Below, one piece after another: positions 35,576 through 44,748 of a stretch of DNA of 64,000 bases. Position 1 is the first letter of the stretch, and each line of letters opens with the position of its first letter. The position numbers and the translations under genes are program-made. Origin of the DNA: Gemmatimonadota bacterium (GTDB lineage Bacteria > Gemmatimonadota > Gemmatimonadetes > Longimicrobiales > Gaopeijiaceae); the NCBI GenBank assembly GCA_041390125.1, contig JAWKQN010000009.1, positions 170,628-234,627 on the forward strand. Direction: 5' to 3'. Under the pieces are notes generated by a model. It ran no database searches. It was not told the origin of the DNA and saw only the letters and a list, made by a program, of their open reading frames with translations.

Positions 35576-36365
35576 CGGTGTCCAGCACGGGTGACGACGT
35601 CCGTACAGTCAGCTCAATCTGCGCGACGAGAAGGGGATCCGCCACCGTGTGCCCGAGCCCGTCCAGGAACCGGAGCTCCAGGCCGGAGCCGGTCGGGTCC
35701 AACGGCCCCACCAGGGGGACCGGTGCCGTGCCCGCGGTCCAACGCGCCAGATACCACCCATCCAGGAGGGGGCGGAGCCCGTACGTGTCGACCCGGAAGG
35801 TCCGGAGGGGAGCGCCCACCGCGAGGGTGTTGGTCCCGAGCGTCGGCGACAGGGCCAGGAGCTCGACCCGCTCCCCGGCGCCCCCGCCCGGACACCCGAC
35901 GGTGGTGTCCACGGGGCCTGCGACCCCGATCAGCCACCGGTCGTCGTGGGCGCTGGCCGGGTCGTTCTCGGCCCACACCATCACGGAGTCGCCCGGCGCC
36001 ACCGTGCCCGCGTAGGGCTCGAAGACCACGCTGGGCGCCGCGCCCACGTCGCAGGCGATCCGGAACGCCATGGCGCTGCGCACCCGCACGCTGTCGGGGC
36101 CGAAGCCGATGAGGTCTCCCGCCGCCGCGCTGGCCTCGCGCAGCGTCGCCGTCAGCACGTCCGCGGCGGCCCGGACGGTCTGTTGCGTCGTCAGACGCGC
36201 CGCCGTGCGGGAGAAGGTGCGCTCGTTGACCAGCACGACCTGGTAGATGGCGAGCAGCAGCAACGCGCCCAGCGCGGTCGCCAGGACCAGCTCCACCAGC
36301 GTGAAGCCGGCGCGTCCGCTCCCCGGCACTCCCGCCCGGTGGCGCCCGGGCACGCCTCGCCTCAC
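35523..36365 (-). CDS. Prepilin-type N-terminal cleavage/methylation protein, PilW-like minor pilin
   Basis: G|FTLVELV motif followed by a hydrophobic helix. GTGA overlap with the upstream stop. Confidence 0.75.
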   Translation of the reverse strand: MRRGVPGRHRAGVPGSGRAGFTLVELVLATALGALLLLAIYQVVLVNERTFSRTAARLTTQQTVRAAADVLTATLREASAAAGDLIGFGPDSVRVRSAMAFRIACDVGAAPSVVFEPYAGTVAPGDSVMVWAENDPASAHDDRWLIGVAGPVDTTVGCPGGGAGERVELLALSPTLGTNTLAVGAPLRTFRVDTYGLRPLLDGWYLARWTAGTAPVPLVGPLDPTGSGLELRFLDGLGHTVADPLLVAQIELTVRTSSPVLDTDGSPIADSLTTRVSLRN

Positions 36366-36748
36366 GGACGCGGGATCCGGTAGAACGCCGTATCCGCCAC
36401 CGCGGGCATCAGGGTGGGAACCTCCCCCGGGGCGGGCGCGGCCAGGCCGGGCCCCACCGTGATCACCCGGATGTTCTTGACCCGCGGGAAGTCCTCCACG
36501 ACCCAGCGCACGTCGAAGCGGCCCAGGAGTGCCGCCCCGTCGATCACGGAGTCGTACGGAGCCGCTCGCAGTCGCTCGATGGCGCTCTGGCGGGCTGCCG
36601 CGCGCTCGGTGCGCAGATCCGCGTCCGCGCCCTGGCGCACCAACAACGCCGACGTGCCCAGGAAGCCGAGGATCCCGACGGCCAGGATCACGACCGCCAC
36701 CACCAGCTCCACCAGGGTGAAGCCGGCCTCGGAGCTCGGGGACCTCAC
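36362..36748 (-). CDS. Prepilin-type protein, PilV-like minor pilin
   Basis: G|FTLVELVVAVVIL motif. GTG 36748 overlaps the upstream stop (GTGA). Confidence 0.75.
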   Translation of the reverse strand: MRSPSSEAGFTLVELVVAVVILAVGILGFLGTSALLVRQGADADLRTERAAARQSAIERLRAAPYDSVIDGAALLGRFDVRWVVEDFPRVKNIRVITVGPGLAAPAPGEVPTLMPAVADTAFYRIPRP

Positions 36749-37197
36749 GACCCCTGCGGCCCTGGAAGGAACTGCCCGAGCGGGAGGAGCATCCCCTCCG
36801 CCCATCGCCCGTCGCGGGTGAAGCGCACGACCACCGGGTCGGGGACCGAGCCGCACGGCGGTGTGGCCACGCCCCGCGGACCGAAGCACTGCACCAACGT
36901 GGGCTCGACCTCCACGTCCGCGGTGACGCCGAAGCGCAGGACTTCGATCACCTCCGTGCCGTCCACCACCCAGGCGCTGTCTCCATCGGCGTCCAGCTCC
37001 AGTCGTATCCGGTGGCCCCGCTCCACTGCGGTGGCCCGGGCGCGCGCCGCCAACCCGGCGAACGCGGTCCGGGAGGCCCGCACGGCGTAGGAAGCGCGGG
37101 CCCTGCCCATGGCCGCCCAGGCCACTCCGAGGAGGGTCGCCGAGAGGGCCACGACGAGCGTGATCTCGAGCAGGGTGAAGCCGCGGCGGTCCCGCAT
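36745..37197 (-). CDS. Prepilin-type protein, FimT/GspH-like minor pilin
   Basis: MRDRRG|FTLLEITLVV N-terminus. AAGGGGGA Shine-Dalgarno sequence 8 nt upstream. Confidence 0.75.
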   Translation of the reverse strand: MRDRRGFTLLEITLVVALSATLLGVAWAAMGRARASYAVRASRTAFAGLAARARATAVERGHRIRLELDADGDSAWVVDGTEVIEVLRFGVTADVEVEPTLVQCFGPRGVATPPCGSVPDPVVVRFTRDGRWAEGMLLPLGQFLPGPQGS

Positions 37198-37227
37198 CGC
37201 CGGTATCCCCCTTTGCGCGTCAACCGA

Positions 37228-37252
37228 CCCGGCCGGAGTCGGTCCGGCCGGG
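37228..37252 (-). other. Perfect 10-bp stem hairpin between tRNA-Arg and the pilin operon
   Basis: CCCGGCCGGA-N5-TCCGGCCGGG. It may terminate or process the tRNA transcript. There is no U-tract. Confidence 0.3.
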
Positions 37253-37290
37253 CCCGGGGTCGTCGGCCGGGTCCTCCCCGGCCCTCTTCA

Positions 37291-37364
37291 TGTCCCCGGC
37301 GCGACTCGAACGCGCGACCTATTGCTTAGGAGGCAATCGCTCTATCCACCTGAGCTACGGGGAC
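37291..37364 (-). tRNA. tRNA-Arg (anticodon CCT)
   Basis: The reverse complement GTCCCCGTAGCTCAGGTGGATAGAGCGATTGCCTCCTAAGCAATAGGTCGCGCGTTCGAGTCGCGCCGGGGACA folds as a cloverleaf. The anticodon loop is CT-CCT-AA and the T-loop is TTCGAGT. CCA is not encoded. Confidence 0.93.
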
Positions 37365-37472
37365 CGCAGGCGGTCCGGGCGACGGGGGTTCCGTCCGGGT
37401 GACGCCGGGGGGAAAGGTAGGGGTTGGCGCAGCGGCGTCCAACCGGACGACAGCCGTCGGCTCGAGCGCGTC

Positions 37473-40400
37473 TCAGACGGCGCCGCGCAACACGGCTTCC
37501 AGGTCCGTCACGTCCACCGGCTTGACCAGGTGGGCGTCGAACCCGGCGGCTCGGCTCCGTCGACGATCCTCGTCCTGACCCCAGCCGGTGAGGGCGACCA
37601 GCAGGAGGTCGTGCCCTTGCCGGGCCGCCCGTAGCCGGCGGGCCACCTCCAAGCCGTCCATCCCGGGCATGCCGAGGTCCAGCAGCACGACGTCCGGCCG
37701 AAAGGAATCCACCACGCGCAGCGCGTCGGTCCCGTCCGCCACACTCTGCGTGACATGACCGCGGAGCCCGAGCAGGGTTGCCAGGGTCTGACCCGCGTCG
37801 GCGTTGTCGTCGACGACCAGGATCCGTCGGTGGCCTGCGGCGGTCGCCTGACGGGTGTCCACGGTCTCCTCGCCCACGGGAGTGTGGTGCCCCGAATCGA
37901 GGGGGAGCGTGACCGTGAACGTGCTTCCCTCACCCACGCCCGGGCTGTCCACGCGGACCGCGCCCCCATGCATCTCCACGAGGGTGCGTACCAGGGAAAG
38001 ACCGATCCCCAGCCCGGTCGCGCCACTCCCCTGTCCCTGTGTGAACATGTCGAAGATGCGCTCGGCCATGTCGGCTGCGATTCCCCGCCCGTCGTCGTGG
38101 ACGGATACGTGCGCCCTCGCGTCGTCCATCCCGACGTGCAGAGTCACGCGTCCCCCCTGTGGCGTGTACTTGGCCGCGTTGTCGAGCAGGTTGGTCACGA
38201 CCTGCACCAGCCGCACGTCGTCTCCCCACACCCATACCGGCGTCTCCGGCATCCGTAGCGTCAGCGTGTGGCCTCCACGTTCCACGGCGGACCGGGCGTT
38301 CTCGACGGCGTGGGTCACGACCGCGCGCAGATCGACCCGGGTGCGGCGCAGGACGACCGTGCCGCGGCTGAGGCGCGAGAGATCGAGAAGGTCGTCGATC
38401 AGGCGCACCATGTGCCCGACCTGGCGTCCGATGACGTCCCGCGCGCGTTGGAGGCTCGGATCCTCCGGCCCCAGGGTGTTGAGGATCTCCACGGCGCTGC
38501 GGATCGGGGCGAGCGGATTCCGCAGCTCGTGCGCCAGCGTGGCCAGGAACTCGTCCTTCCGACGGTCCCCCTCGCGCAGCGCTTCCTCCGCCACCTTGCG
38601 CTCGTGCACGTCGATCACGGAGCCACTGAAGCCCTCGAACGCACCATCGGCTCCGAAGCGCGGAGCGCCTGCGTCGATGGCCCAACGGTAGGCACCGTCC
38701 GCACGACGGATCCGGTAGTCCAGCTGGAAGGCCTCGCGCCGCGCGTTGCTCTCCAGGAAGATCCGCTCCGATCGCCGCCGGTCGTCCGGGTGGACGGCCT
38801 CGAGCCATCCGAATCCCAGGCTCTCCTCCTCCCTCTGGCCGGTGAAGGTGTGCCATCCCCGCGAGAGGAAGACGCAGGCACCCGTTGGATCGGTCATCCA
38901 CAGCATGGCGGGTGCGGTGTGGGCCATGACCCGGAACCGCTGCTCACTCTCGGCAATGGCACGCTGCGCTTCCCGACGCACGCTCGCCAGCTCGAGCTGC
39001 GCACCTACACGCACCACCAGCTCACGCGCGCTGAACGGCTTGGTCAGGTAGTCGTCGGCTCCCGCTTCCGCGGCACCGAGCCGTGCCTCCTCGCCCGCTC
39101 GAGCGGAGAGGAGGATCACCGGCACGTCACCGAGGTCGGGGTCGGCGCGCAGCGCGGCGAGGAGCTCGAAGCCGTTCAACCCGGGCATCATGACGTCCGC
39201 CAGCACGAGGTCGGGCCGCCTTTGCCGCGCCGCGCTCAACGCCGCCTCGCCGTCCGCGGCCGCCTCGACGTCGAAGCGGGGCGAGAGCAGCTCGGTCACA
39301 TAGGCGCGCAGGTCGGCGTTGTCGTCCGCCCAGAGCACGCGCGGGCGGGCGGTCGGGCCGCTGCCGCGCACGCCCCGGTGCACCTCGCTGTCCTGCTCGC
39401 CGTCGGACGACGGAGCGGGTGGGAGCCAGCGCAGCGCCTCCTCCACGTACCCGCGAGCATCGTCGACGCGCGGCGGCGCGTCCGTGGTCACCAGCCGGTC
39501 CGGGGGGAGGTGATCCGCTCCAAGGGGGATCGAGACCGTGAACGTACTCCCCTGCCCTTCGCGGCTGCGGACCTGCACCTGGCCACCGTGCACCCGCGCC
39601 AGCGCATCCACCAGGGCCAGCCCGATGCCGGTGCCTTCGTGGGATCGCCTTCGGGCACCCTCGATCCGATGGAAGCGTTCGAAGACGCGTGGCAACTCGG
39701 CGTCGGAGATTCCCACGCCGGTGTCCTCCACCTCCAGCTGCACCTCGGAAGCGGTTTCCTTCAGGCGGACCGTGATCCCGCCTTCGAACGTGAACTTGAA
39801 GGCGTTCGAGACGAGGTTGAGGACGATCTTCTCCCAGAGGTCGCGGTCGACATGGACGGGCGCCGTCACGGGGGGACAGTCCACGTGGAGGAAGAGGCCG
39901 CCCGCCTCCACGGTCGAGCGGAACACACTCGCGAGATCGCGCGTGAGGGCGGCGATGTCGGTGCGTTCGAAGCGCGCGTCCGCGCGGCCGGCCTCGACGC
40001 GTGAGAACGACAGCATGGTGTTGACGAGCTTGAGCAGCCTCACGCTGTTCCGATGCACACGCTCCACCTGGGACCGGATCTCCGGCGCCAACGGCCCTTC
40101 GCGATCGTCCAACAGGTCCTCGAGCGGCCCCAGCATCAGTGTGAGCGGAGTCCGGAACTCGTGACTGACGTTGCTGAAGAACGTGGTCTTGGCCCGATCC
40201 AGCTCGGCAAGGGCCTGGGCCCGGCGCTGCTCCTGCTGGAACGCCCGCGCCTGGGTGATCGCCGTCTCCACATGGGTCGCCAGCAGGGTGGCGAAGCCCC
40301 CGTAGTCGTCGTCGAAGACCAGTCGGGGACTCAGGCCGATGACGAGAAACCCATCGGGCCGGCTCTCGCCGGTCGGCAGGAGGGGCAGCACGATCGCGCG

Positions 40401-41234
40401 CTCCGGCGGCTCGGGCCACACACCGCGGGGCAGGTGCCCGAAGCGACGCTCGAGGTCCGCCACCGGCGTGGGCCCGCCCTCGGGGTCCGTACGCAACGGC
40501 CAGGCCGCCGATGCGTCGTCGACGGCGACCTGCCGCAGCCGCGCGGTCTGCTCCGGCTCGATCCCCGCGACCGCCGCCAGGTGCGCGGAGTCCTGATCCG
40601 CCTCCAACAGATAGATGAGGGCGAACGCGATGTCGCGCGGTTCGTCTGCAAGCACGCTTCCTGCGGCCTCGCACGCATCGAGCACCGTCGTCGCCCGGGC
40701 GGACCGCTCCGAAAGCTCGCGCAGCACGCGAAGGCGACGCTGGCCCAGCACTCGACGCGTGTCTTCGGTGCAGGTGCAGAACACGCCACCGATCCCACCG
40801 CCGTCGTCGGGCGCGGGGCTGTACGAGAAGGTGAAGTAGGTCTCCTCCGGGAAGCCGTTGCGGTCCATGACCAGCAACAACTCCTCGTTCCAGGAGGCCT
40901 CACCGTGGCGTAGGACGCGATGGGCCTGGGGACCCACGACCGGCCACACGTCCGGCCAGATCTGCGGCGCGCTTGCTCCCAACGCCTCCGGGTGCCGCGC
41001 ACCCAGGATGGGCACGTAGGCGTCGTTGTAGAGGTTGACCAGGTGGTCTCCCCACCACAAGAACATCGGATAGCGGGAGGCCAGCAGAAGGCGGACCGCG
41101 GTGACGAGGCTCGCCGGCCAGCTCGAGAGAGGGCCGAGCGGCGTCTGGGTCCAATCGAAGCGTTCGATCCGGGCGGCCATGTCGCCCCCATGGGCGAACC
41201 AGGAACGCGCCGCTCCGACGCCGTGGTCATCCAT
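37473..41234 (-). CDS. Tandem double hybrid sensor histidine kinase: PAS-GAF-HisKA-HATPase-REC-PAS-HisKA-HATPase-REC
   Basis: Two H-boxes (SHEFRTPL and AHELRNPL), two G2 boxes (GTGIGLAL and GLGIGLSL), and two receiver domains (DLVLADVMMPG and DVVLLDLGMPG). GGAGGGGG Shine-Dalgarno sequence before ATG 41234. Confidence 0.88.
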   Translation of the reverse strand: MDDHGVGAARSWFAHGGDMAARIERFDWTQTPLGPLSSWPASLVTAVRLLLASRYPMFLWWGDHLVNLYNDAYVPILGARHPEALGASAPQIWPDVWPVVGPQAHRVLRHGEASWNEELLLVMDRNGFPEETYFTFSYSPAPDDGGGIGGVFCTCTEDTRRVLGQRRLRVLRELSERSARATTVLDACEAAGSVLADEPRDIAFALIYLLEADQDSAHLAAVAGIEPEQTARLRQVAVDDASAAWPLRTDPEGGPTPVADLERRFGHLPRGVWPEPPERAIVLPLLPTGESRPDGFLVIGLSPRLVFDDDYGGFATLLATHVETAITQARAFQQEQRRAQALAELDRAKTTFFSNVSHEFRTPLTLMLGPLEDLLDDREGPLAPEIRSQVERVHRNSVRLLKLVNTMLSFSRVEAGRADARFERTDIAALTRDLASVFRSTVEAGGLFLHVDCPPVTAPVHVDRDLWEKIVLNLVSNAFKFTFEGGITVRLKETASEVQLEVEDTGVGISDAELPRVFERFHRIEGARRRSHEGTGIGLALVDALARVHGGQVQVRSREGQGSTFTVSIPLGADHLPPDRLVTTDAPPRVDDARGYVEEALRWLPPAPSSDGEQDSEVHRGVRGSGPTARPRVLWADDNADLRAYVTELLSPRFDVEAAADGEAALSAARQRRPDLVLADVMMPGLNGFELLAALRADPDLGDVPVILLSARAGEEARLGAAEAGADDYLTKPFSARELVVRVGAQLELASVRREAQRAIAESEQRFRVMAHTAPAMLWMTDPTGACVFLSRGWHTFTGQREEESLGFGWLEAVHPDDRRRSERIFLESNARREAFQLDYRIRRADGAYRWAIDAGAPRFGADGAFEGFSGSVIDVHERKVAEEALREGDRRKDEFLATLAHELRNPLAPIRSAVEILNTLGPEDPSLQRARDVIGRQVGHMVRLIDDLLDLSRLSRGTVVLRRTRVDLRAVVTHAVENARSAVERGGHTLTLRMPETPVWVWGDDVRLVQVVTNLLDNAAKYTPQGGRVTLHVGMDDARAHVSVHDDGRGIAADMAERIFDMFTQGQGSGATGLGIGLSLVRTLVEMHGGAVRVDSPGVGEGSTFTVTLPLDSGHHTPVGEETVDTRQATAAGHRRILVVDDNADAGQTLATLLGLRGHVTQSVADGTDALRVVDSFRPDVVLLDLGMPGMDGLEVARRLRAARQGHDLLLVALTGWGQDEDRRRSRAAGFDAHLVKPVDVTDLEAVLRGAV

Positions 41235-41317
41235 CCTGCCCCCTCCAGCGTTTCCGGACCGTCGAACACTCACAGCGATCCGCCCGGGGGACAATGGCGG
41301 TCACTTCCCCTCGCGTC

Positions 41318-41968
41318 CTACAACACCAGCTCGATCACCACGAAGCCGAGGATCAACAGCACCCCGAACGCCCAGGTCAGCGTATTGAAATGCCGATCGA
41401 TGAACTCCTTCACCGGCGGGCCGAAGCGGTAGATCAGGCCCGCGACCAGGAAGAAGCGCAGGCCGCGCGAGAGGATGCTCGCGACCACGAAGATGCCCAG
41501 GTTCACGCCGAAGACGCCCGCGGAGATCGTGAACACCTTGTAGGGCAAGGGCGTGAGGCCGGCCAGGAAGATGGCCCAGAAATCGTAGCGATCGTAGAGT
41601 GATCGGACGCGCTCGAAGGCCTCGGGGGTGACCCCCGGCACGTACCGGAAGAAGGGCTCGGCCAGGGCGCCCCAGAGGCCGGCGCCGATCAGGTAGCCGA
41701 TCAGACCGCCCACGACGGATGCGGCCGTGCAGATGGCCGCGAAACGGAGCGCCTTCTTGCTCGCCCCGAGCGCCAGCGCGACCAGGAGTGGATCGGGGGG
41801 GATCGGAAAGAAGGAAGACTCGGCGGCCGACAGGCCGGCCAGCGCGACCGGACCGTGGGGCGTCTCCGCCCAGTGCAGCATCCAGTCGTACAGGCGGCGG
41901 ACCGGACCCTTGCGGGCGGGGGTGACTTCGGGCGCCGAACGCGTCACGTGTCGAGCTCCTTGCTCCAT
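41318..41968 (-). CDS. DedA/YqaA family membrane protein
   Basis: AESSFFPIPPD motif and about 4 TM helices. Confidence 0.8.
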   Translation of the reverse strand: MEQGARHVTRSAPEVTPARKGPVRRLYDWMLHWAETPHGPVALAGLSAAESSFFPIPPDPLLVALALGASKKALRFAAICTAASVVGGLIGYLIGAGLWGALAEPFFRYVPGVTPEAFERVRSLYDRYDFWAIFLAGLTPLPYKVFTISAGVFGVNLGIFVVASILSRGLRFFLVAGLIYRFGPPVKEFIDRHFNTLTWAFGVLLILGFVVIELVL

Positions 41969-42621
41969 CCGAACTTGCCCACCAGGGGGACGAACCGGCA
42001 GGGGATCTCGGCGTCCTCCTGCAAGATCCGGCCCCCCTGCCGCCGGACCAGGACCAGGCGCTGTTCCTCGCGGTCCCCGACCGGGATCAACATGCGTCCC
42101 CCTTCCGCCAACTGGTCGCTCAGGGCCTCGGGGACGGCCGGCGCGCCGGCCGAGACGACGATGACGTCGAAGGGCGCGTACTTGCGCCAGCCGATGGTGC
42201 CGTCGCCTACGAGCAACGCCACGTTGCGGATCTCCAACTGATCGAGCGCCGCCCGCGCCCGCTGGGACAGGGCCCGCTCGCGCTCGACCGAATAGACGCG
42301 CTCCGCCATCCGGGAGAGCAGCGCCGTCAGGTAGCCACTGCCCGTGCCGATCTCCAGCACCTTGTCGGTCGGTCGGGGATCCAGCACGCGCAGTGTGAGT
42401 GCCTGCAGGGACGGTTGCGACGCGGTCTGCCCGAATCCGATGGGCACCGGCGCGTCCTCGTAGGCGCGGTTCACCACCCCCTCCGGCAGGAACAGGTGCC
42501 GGGGGATGCGGTCGAACAGCTCCAGCAGCGCCAGATCGTCGATCCCGGCCGCGCGGATCCGCTCGATCAGCCGCCGGCGCTGCCCGACGAAACGGAACCC
42601 GTCTACCGGCTCAGCTCCCAC
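41944..42621 (-). CDS. pcm: Protein-L-isoaspartate O-methyltransferase
   Basis: GQTASQP and VLEIGTGSGY motifs. It lies directly downstream of surE, the classical gene pair. Confidence 0.9.
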   Translation of the reverse strand: MGAEPVDGFRFVGQRRRLIERIRAAGIDDLALLELFDRIPRHLFLPEGVVNRAYEDAPVPIGFGQTASQPSLQALTLRVLDPRPTDKVLEIGTGSGYLTALLSRMAERVYSVERERALSQRARAALDQLEIRNVALLVGDGTIGWRKYAPFDVIVVSAGAPAVPEALSDQLAEGGRMLIPVGDREEQRLVLVRRQGGRILQEDAEIPCRFVPLVGKFGWSKELDT

Positions 42622-43352
42622 GAGCGGAGCTCCTCCATGAGCGCATAGTTGGTCAGGTCCAGGTGGATCGGCGTGACGGAGATCCAGCCCTCCTGCACCG
42701 CGCGGAAGTCGGAGTCGTCACCGCCCTCCCAGCTCGCCACGCCGCCGCCGATCCAGAAGTACTCGCGTCCGCGCGGATCCTGGGCGCGGGTGATGGAGTC
42801 CTGGTAGCGGCGCCGTCCCAGGCTCGTGATCCGCACCCCGTTCAGCCGCGCGGGGTCGATGGCGGGCAGGTTCACGTTGAGCAGGGTGTGATCCGGAAAG
42901 CGCTCGTTGCGCGCCAGGCTCTGGAAGAGGCGCGCGAGCGTCTCCGTCCACAGCTCGATCTCCTCGAAGTGCTCGCCCGTGTAGGACACGGCCACCGAGC
43001 GGATCCCCAGCACGGTCGCCTCCATCGCGGCGGCCACGGTGCCGGAGTACAGCACGTCCTCGCCCATGTTGGGGCCATGGTTCACGCCGGAGAGACAGAA
43101 GTCCGGCGTGCCATCCACGAGCTCGTTCAGGGCGAGCAGGACGCAGTCCGTGGGCGTGCCGTCGACGATGTGCGTGCCGTCCGTGGCGCGGCGTACGCGC
43201 AATGGGTGATGCAGCGTGAGCGAATGGGACGTGGCGCTCTGCTCCCGGTCGGGAGCGACCACGGTCACCGCTCCGATGCTCCGGGCCGCCTCGGCGAGAA
43301 CGTGCAGCCCTTCGGCCAGGTATCCGTCGTCGTTCGTGCAGAGGATGTTCAT
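42603..43352 (-). CDS. surE: 5'/3'-nucleotidase SurE
   Basis: N-terminus MNILCTNDDG, plus GVNHGPN and YSGTVAAAMEA. Confidence 0.92.
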   Translation of the reverse strand: MNILCTNDDGYLAEGLHVLAEAARSIGAVTVVAPDREQSATSHSLTLHHPLRVRRATDGTHIVDGTPTDCVLLALNELVDGTPDFCLSGVNHGPNMGEDVLYSGTVAAAMEATVLGIRSVAVSYTGEHFEEIELWTETLARLFQSLARNERFPDHTLLNVNLPAIDPARLNGVRITSLGRRRYQDSITRAQDPRGREYFWIGGGVASWEGGDDSDFRAVQEGWISVTPIHLDLTNYALMEELRSWELSR

Positions 43353-43735
43353 CCGTTCGAGCTTCCACCCGAGGCGGCCGGAGTCAGGATCTCCAGCAGG
43401 CCGTCCAGCTCGGTACGGATCTCCTCCATGAGGCTCGGCGTGACCACCTGCTTGCGTTCCTCCGCCATCTCGGCGCTGCGTCTCGTCTGCTTCAGGTGCC
43501 GGCGCGCGCCGTTGATCGTGTACTTCTGATCGTAGAGCAGATGCTTGATGAGCAGCACCAGCTCGATGTCGGCGGGTTTGAACACGCGGTTGCCGGCGCG
43601 GTTCTTGGTCGGGCGCAACGGCTCGAACTGGGTCTCCCAGTAGCGCAGCACGTGGGGCTTCAGCCCCGTCAGCTCGCAGACATCGCCGATCGAGTAGTAG
43701 GCCTTCTTGGCGATGGGTTCGTCGAGCTGGCTCAC
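43349..43735 (-). CDS. MerR family transcriptional regulator (small, 128 aa)
   Basis: YSIGDVCELTGLKPHVLRYWETQF is a MerR-type HTH. GTG 43735 overlaps the gpsA stop (GTGA), and its own stop overlaps the surE ATG (ATGA). Confidence 0.8.
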   Translation of the reverse strand: MSQLDEPIAKKAYYSIGDVCELTGLKPHVLRYWETQFEPLRPTKNRAGNRVFKPADIELVLLIKHLLYDQKYTINGARRHLKQTRRSAEMAEERKQVVTPSLMEEIRTELDGLLEILTPAASGGSSNG

Positions 43736-44748
43736 GACCACTCCTCGGGTTTCGGGTCTCGGCTCATCAGACGGCGGATGGCCTCCTGGGGCGGACGGCC
43801 CTCCGTCAGGATCGCGTGCACCTCGCTGGCGATCGGCATGTCGACGCCTTCGCGGCCCGCGAGCGCCACGACGGCCTGTACGGTGGCCACCCCTTCGGCC
43901 ACCGACGTCATCTCGCCCAGAATGGCGTCGAGCGCTTCGCCCCGACCCAGACGGTAGCCTACGGTGCGGTTCCGGCTCAACTCCCCCGTGCAGGTCAGCA
44001 CGAGGTCTCCCATCCCGGCCAGCCCGGCGAAGGTACCCGGTTGCGCGCCGAGCCGCAGGCCCAGCCGTGCGATCTCGGCCAGACCCCGCGTCATCACCGC
44101 CGCGCGCGTGTTGTGCCCGAAGCCCAGGCCGGCGACCACGCCGCTGGCGAGCGCGATCACGTTCTTGAGCGCGCCCGCCAGCTCCACGCCGACGACGTCG
44201 CCCGACGTGTAGACGCGGAAGGTCTCCGTCTGGAAGACGGACTGCGCGTCGAGCGCCGCTTGCGTGTCGGCGCTGGCCACGACGACCGCGGTGGGCTCGC
44301 CGGCGGCGACCTCCGCGGCGAAGCTCGGACCCGACAACACGGTGAAGCGCCGCATCCGCTCCGGACCGACGAGGGACGCGAACACGCCGTCCATGCGCTC
44401 CAGGCTGCGGATCTCGATGCCCTTGGAGGCGCTGACGATGTGGACGTCCGGGCGCAGCACAGGCGCACACGCCTGCACCACGGCCCGCACGTGCTGAGCC
44501 GGCGTGACCGACACCACGAGGTCCGCATCCCGCACCACGGACTCCAGGTCCGTGCTCGCCTCGACTCCCTCCGGCAGGGTGCGCCCCGGGAGGAAGACCG
44601 GGTTGGTCCGGGTGGCGCGAATGGCTTCGACCACCTGGGGCTCACGCGCCCACAGATGGACCTGCCGACCCTTGCCGGCGAGCAGCCCGGCCAGGGCGGT
44701 GCCCCAGCTGCCCCCGCCCAGGACCGCGATGCGGTCGGGAGCGCTCAC
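43732..44748 (-). CDS. gpsA: NAD(P)H-dependent glycerol-3-phosphate dehydrogenase
   Basis: IAVLGGGSWGTALA and GALKNVIA motifs. GTGA overlap with the plsY stop. Confidence 0.92.
   Translation of the reverse strand: MSAPDRIAVLGGGSWGTALAGLLAGKGRQVHLWAREPQVVEAIRATRTNPVFLPGRTLPEGVEASTDLESVVRDADLVVSVTPAQHVRAVVQACAPVLRPDVHIVSASKGIEIRSLERMDGVFASLVGPERMRRFTVLSGPSFAAEVAAGEPTAVVVASADTQAALDAQSVFQTETFRVYTSGDVVGVELAGALKNVIALASGVVAGLGFGHNTRAAVMTRGLAEIARLGLRLGAQPGTFAGLAGMGDLVLTCTGELSRNRTVGYRLGRGEALDAILGEMTSVAEGVATVQAVVALAGREGVDMPIASEVHAILTEGRPPQEAIRRLMSRDPKPEEWS

Noticed and set aside
37198-37290. A sigma-54 promoter (TGGCAC-N5-TTGC) upstream of the pilin operon or elsewhere, given that rpoN is in the window.
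   Set aside because: The few TGGCAC occurrences (for example near 11640 and 18645) lie inside genes and lack the TTGC element at the right spacing. Upstream of the FimT-like gene I see only a TTGACG-like hexamer and a Shine-Dalgarno sequence.
37228-37472. tRNA-Arg(CCT) as an integration site marking the pilin/LVIVD region as a genomic island.
   Set aside because: No integrase, transposase or phage genes lie anywhere in the window. By eye I found no repeat of the tRNA 3' half downstream. Base composition looks the same on both sides. I could not check this exhaustively without a repeat search.
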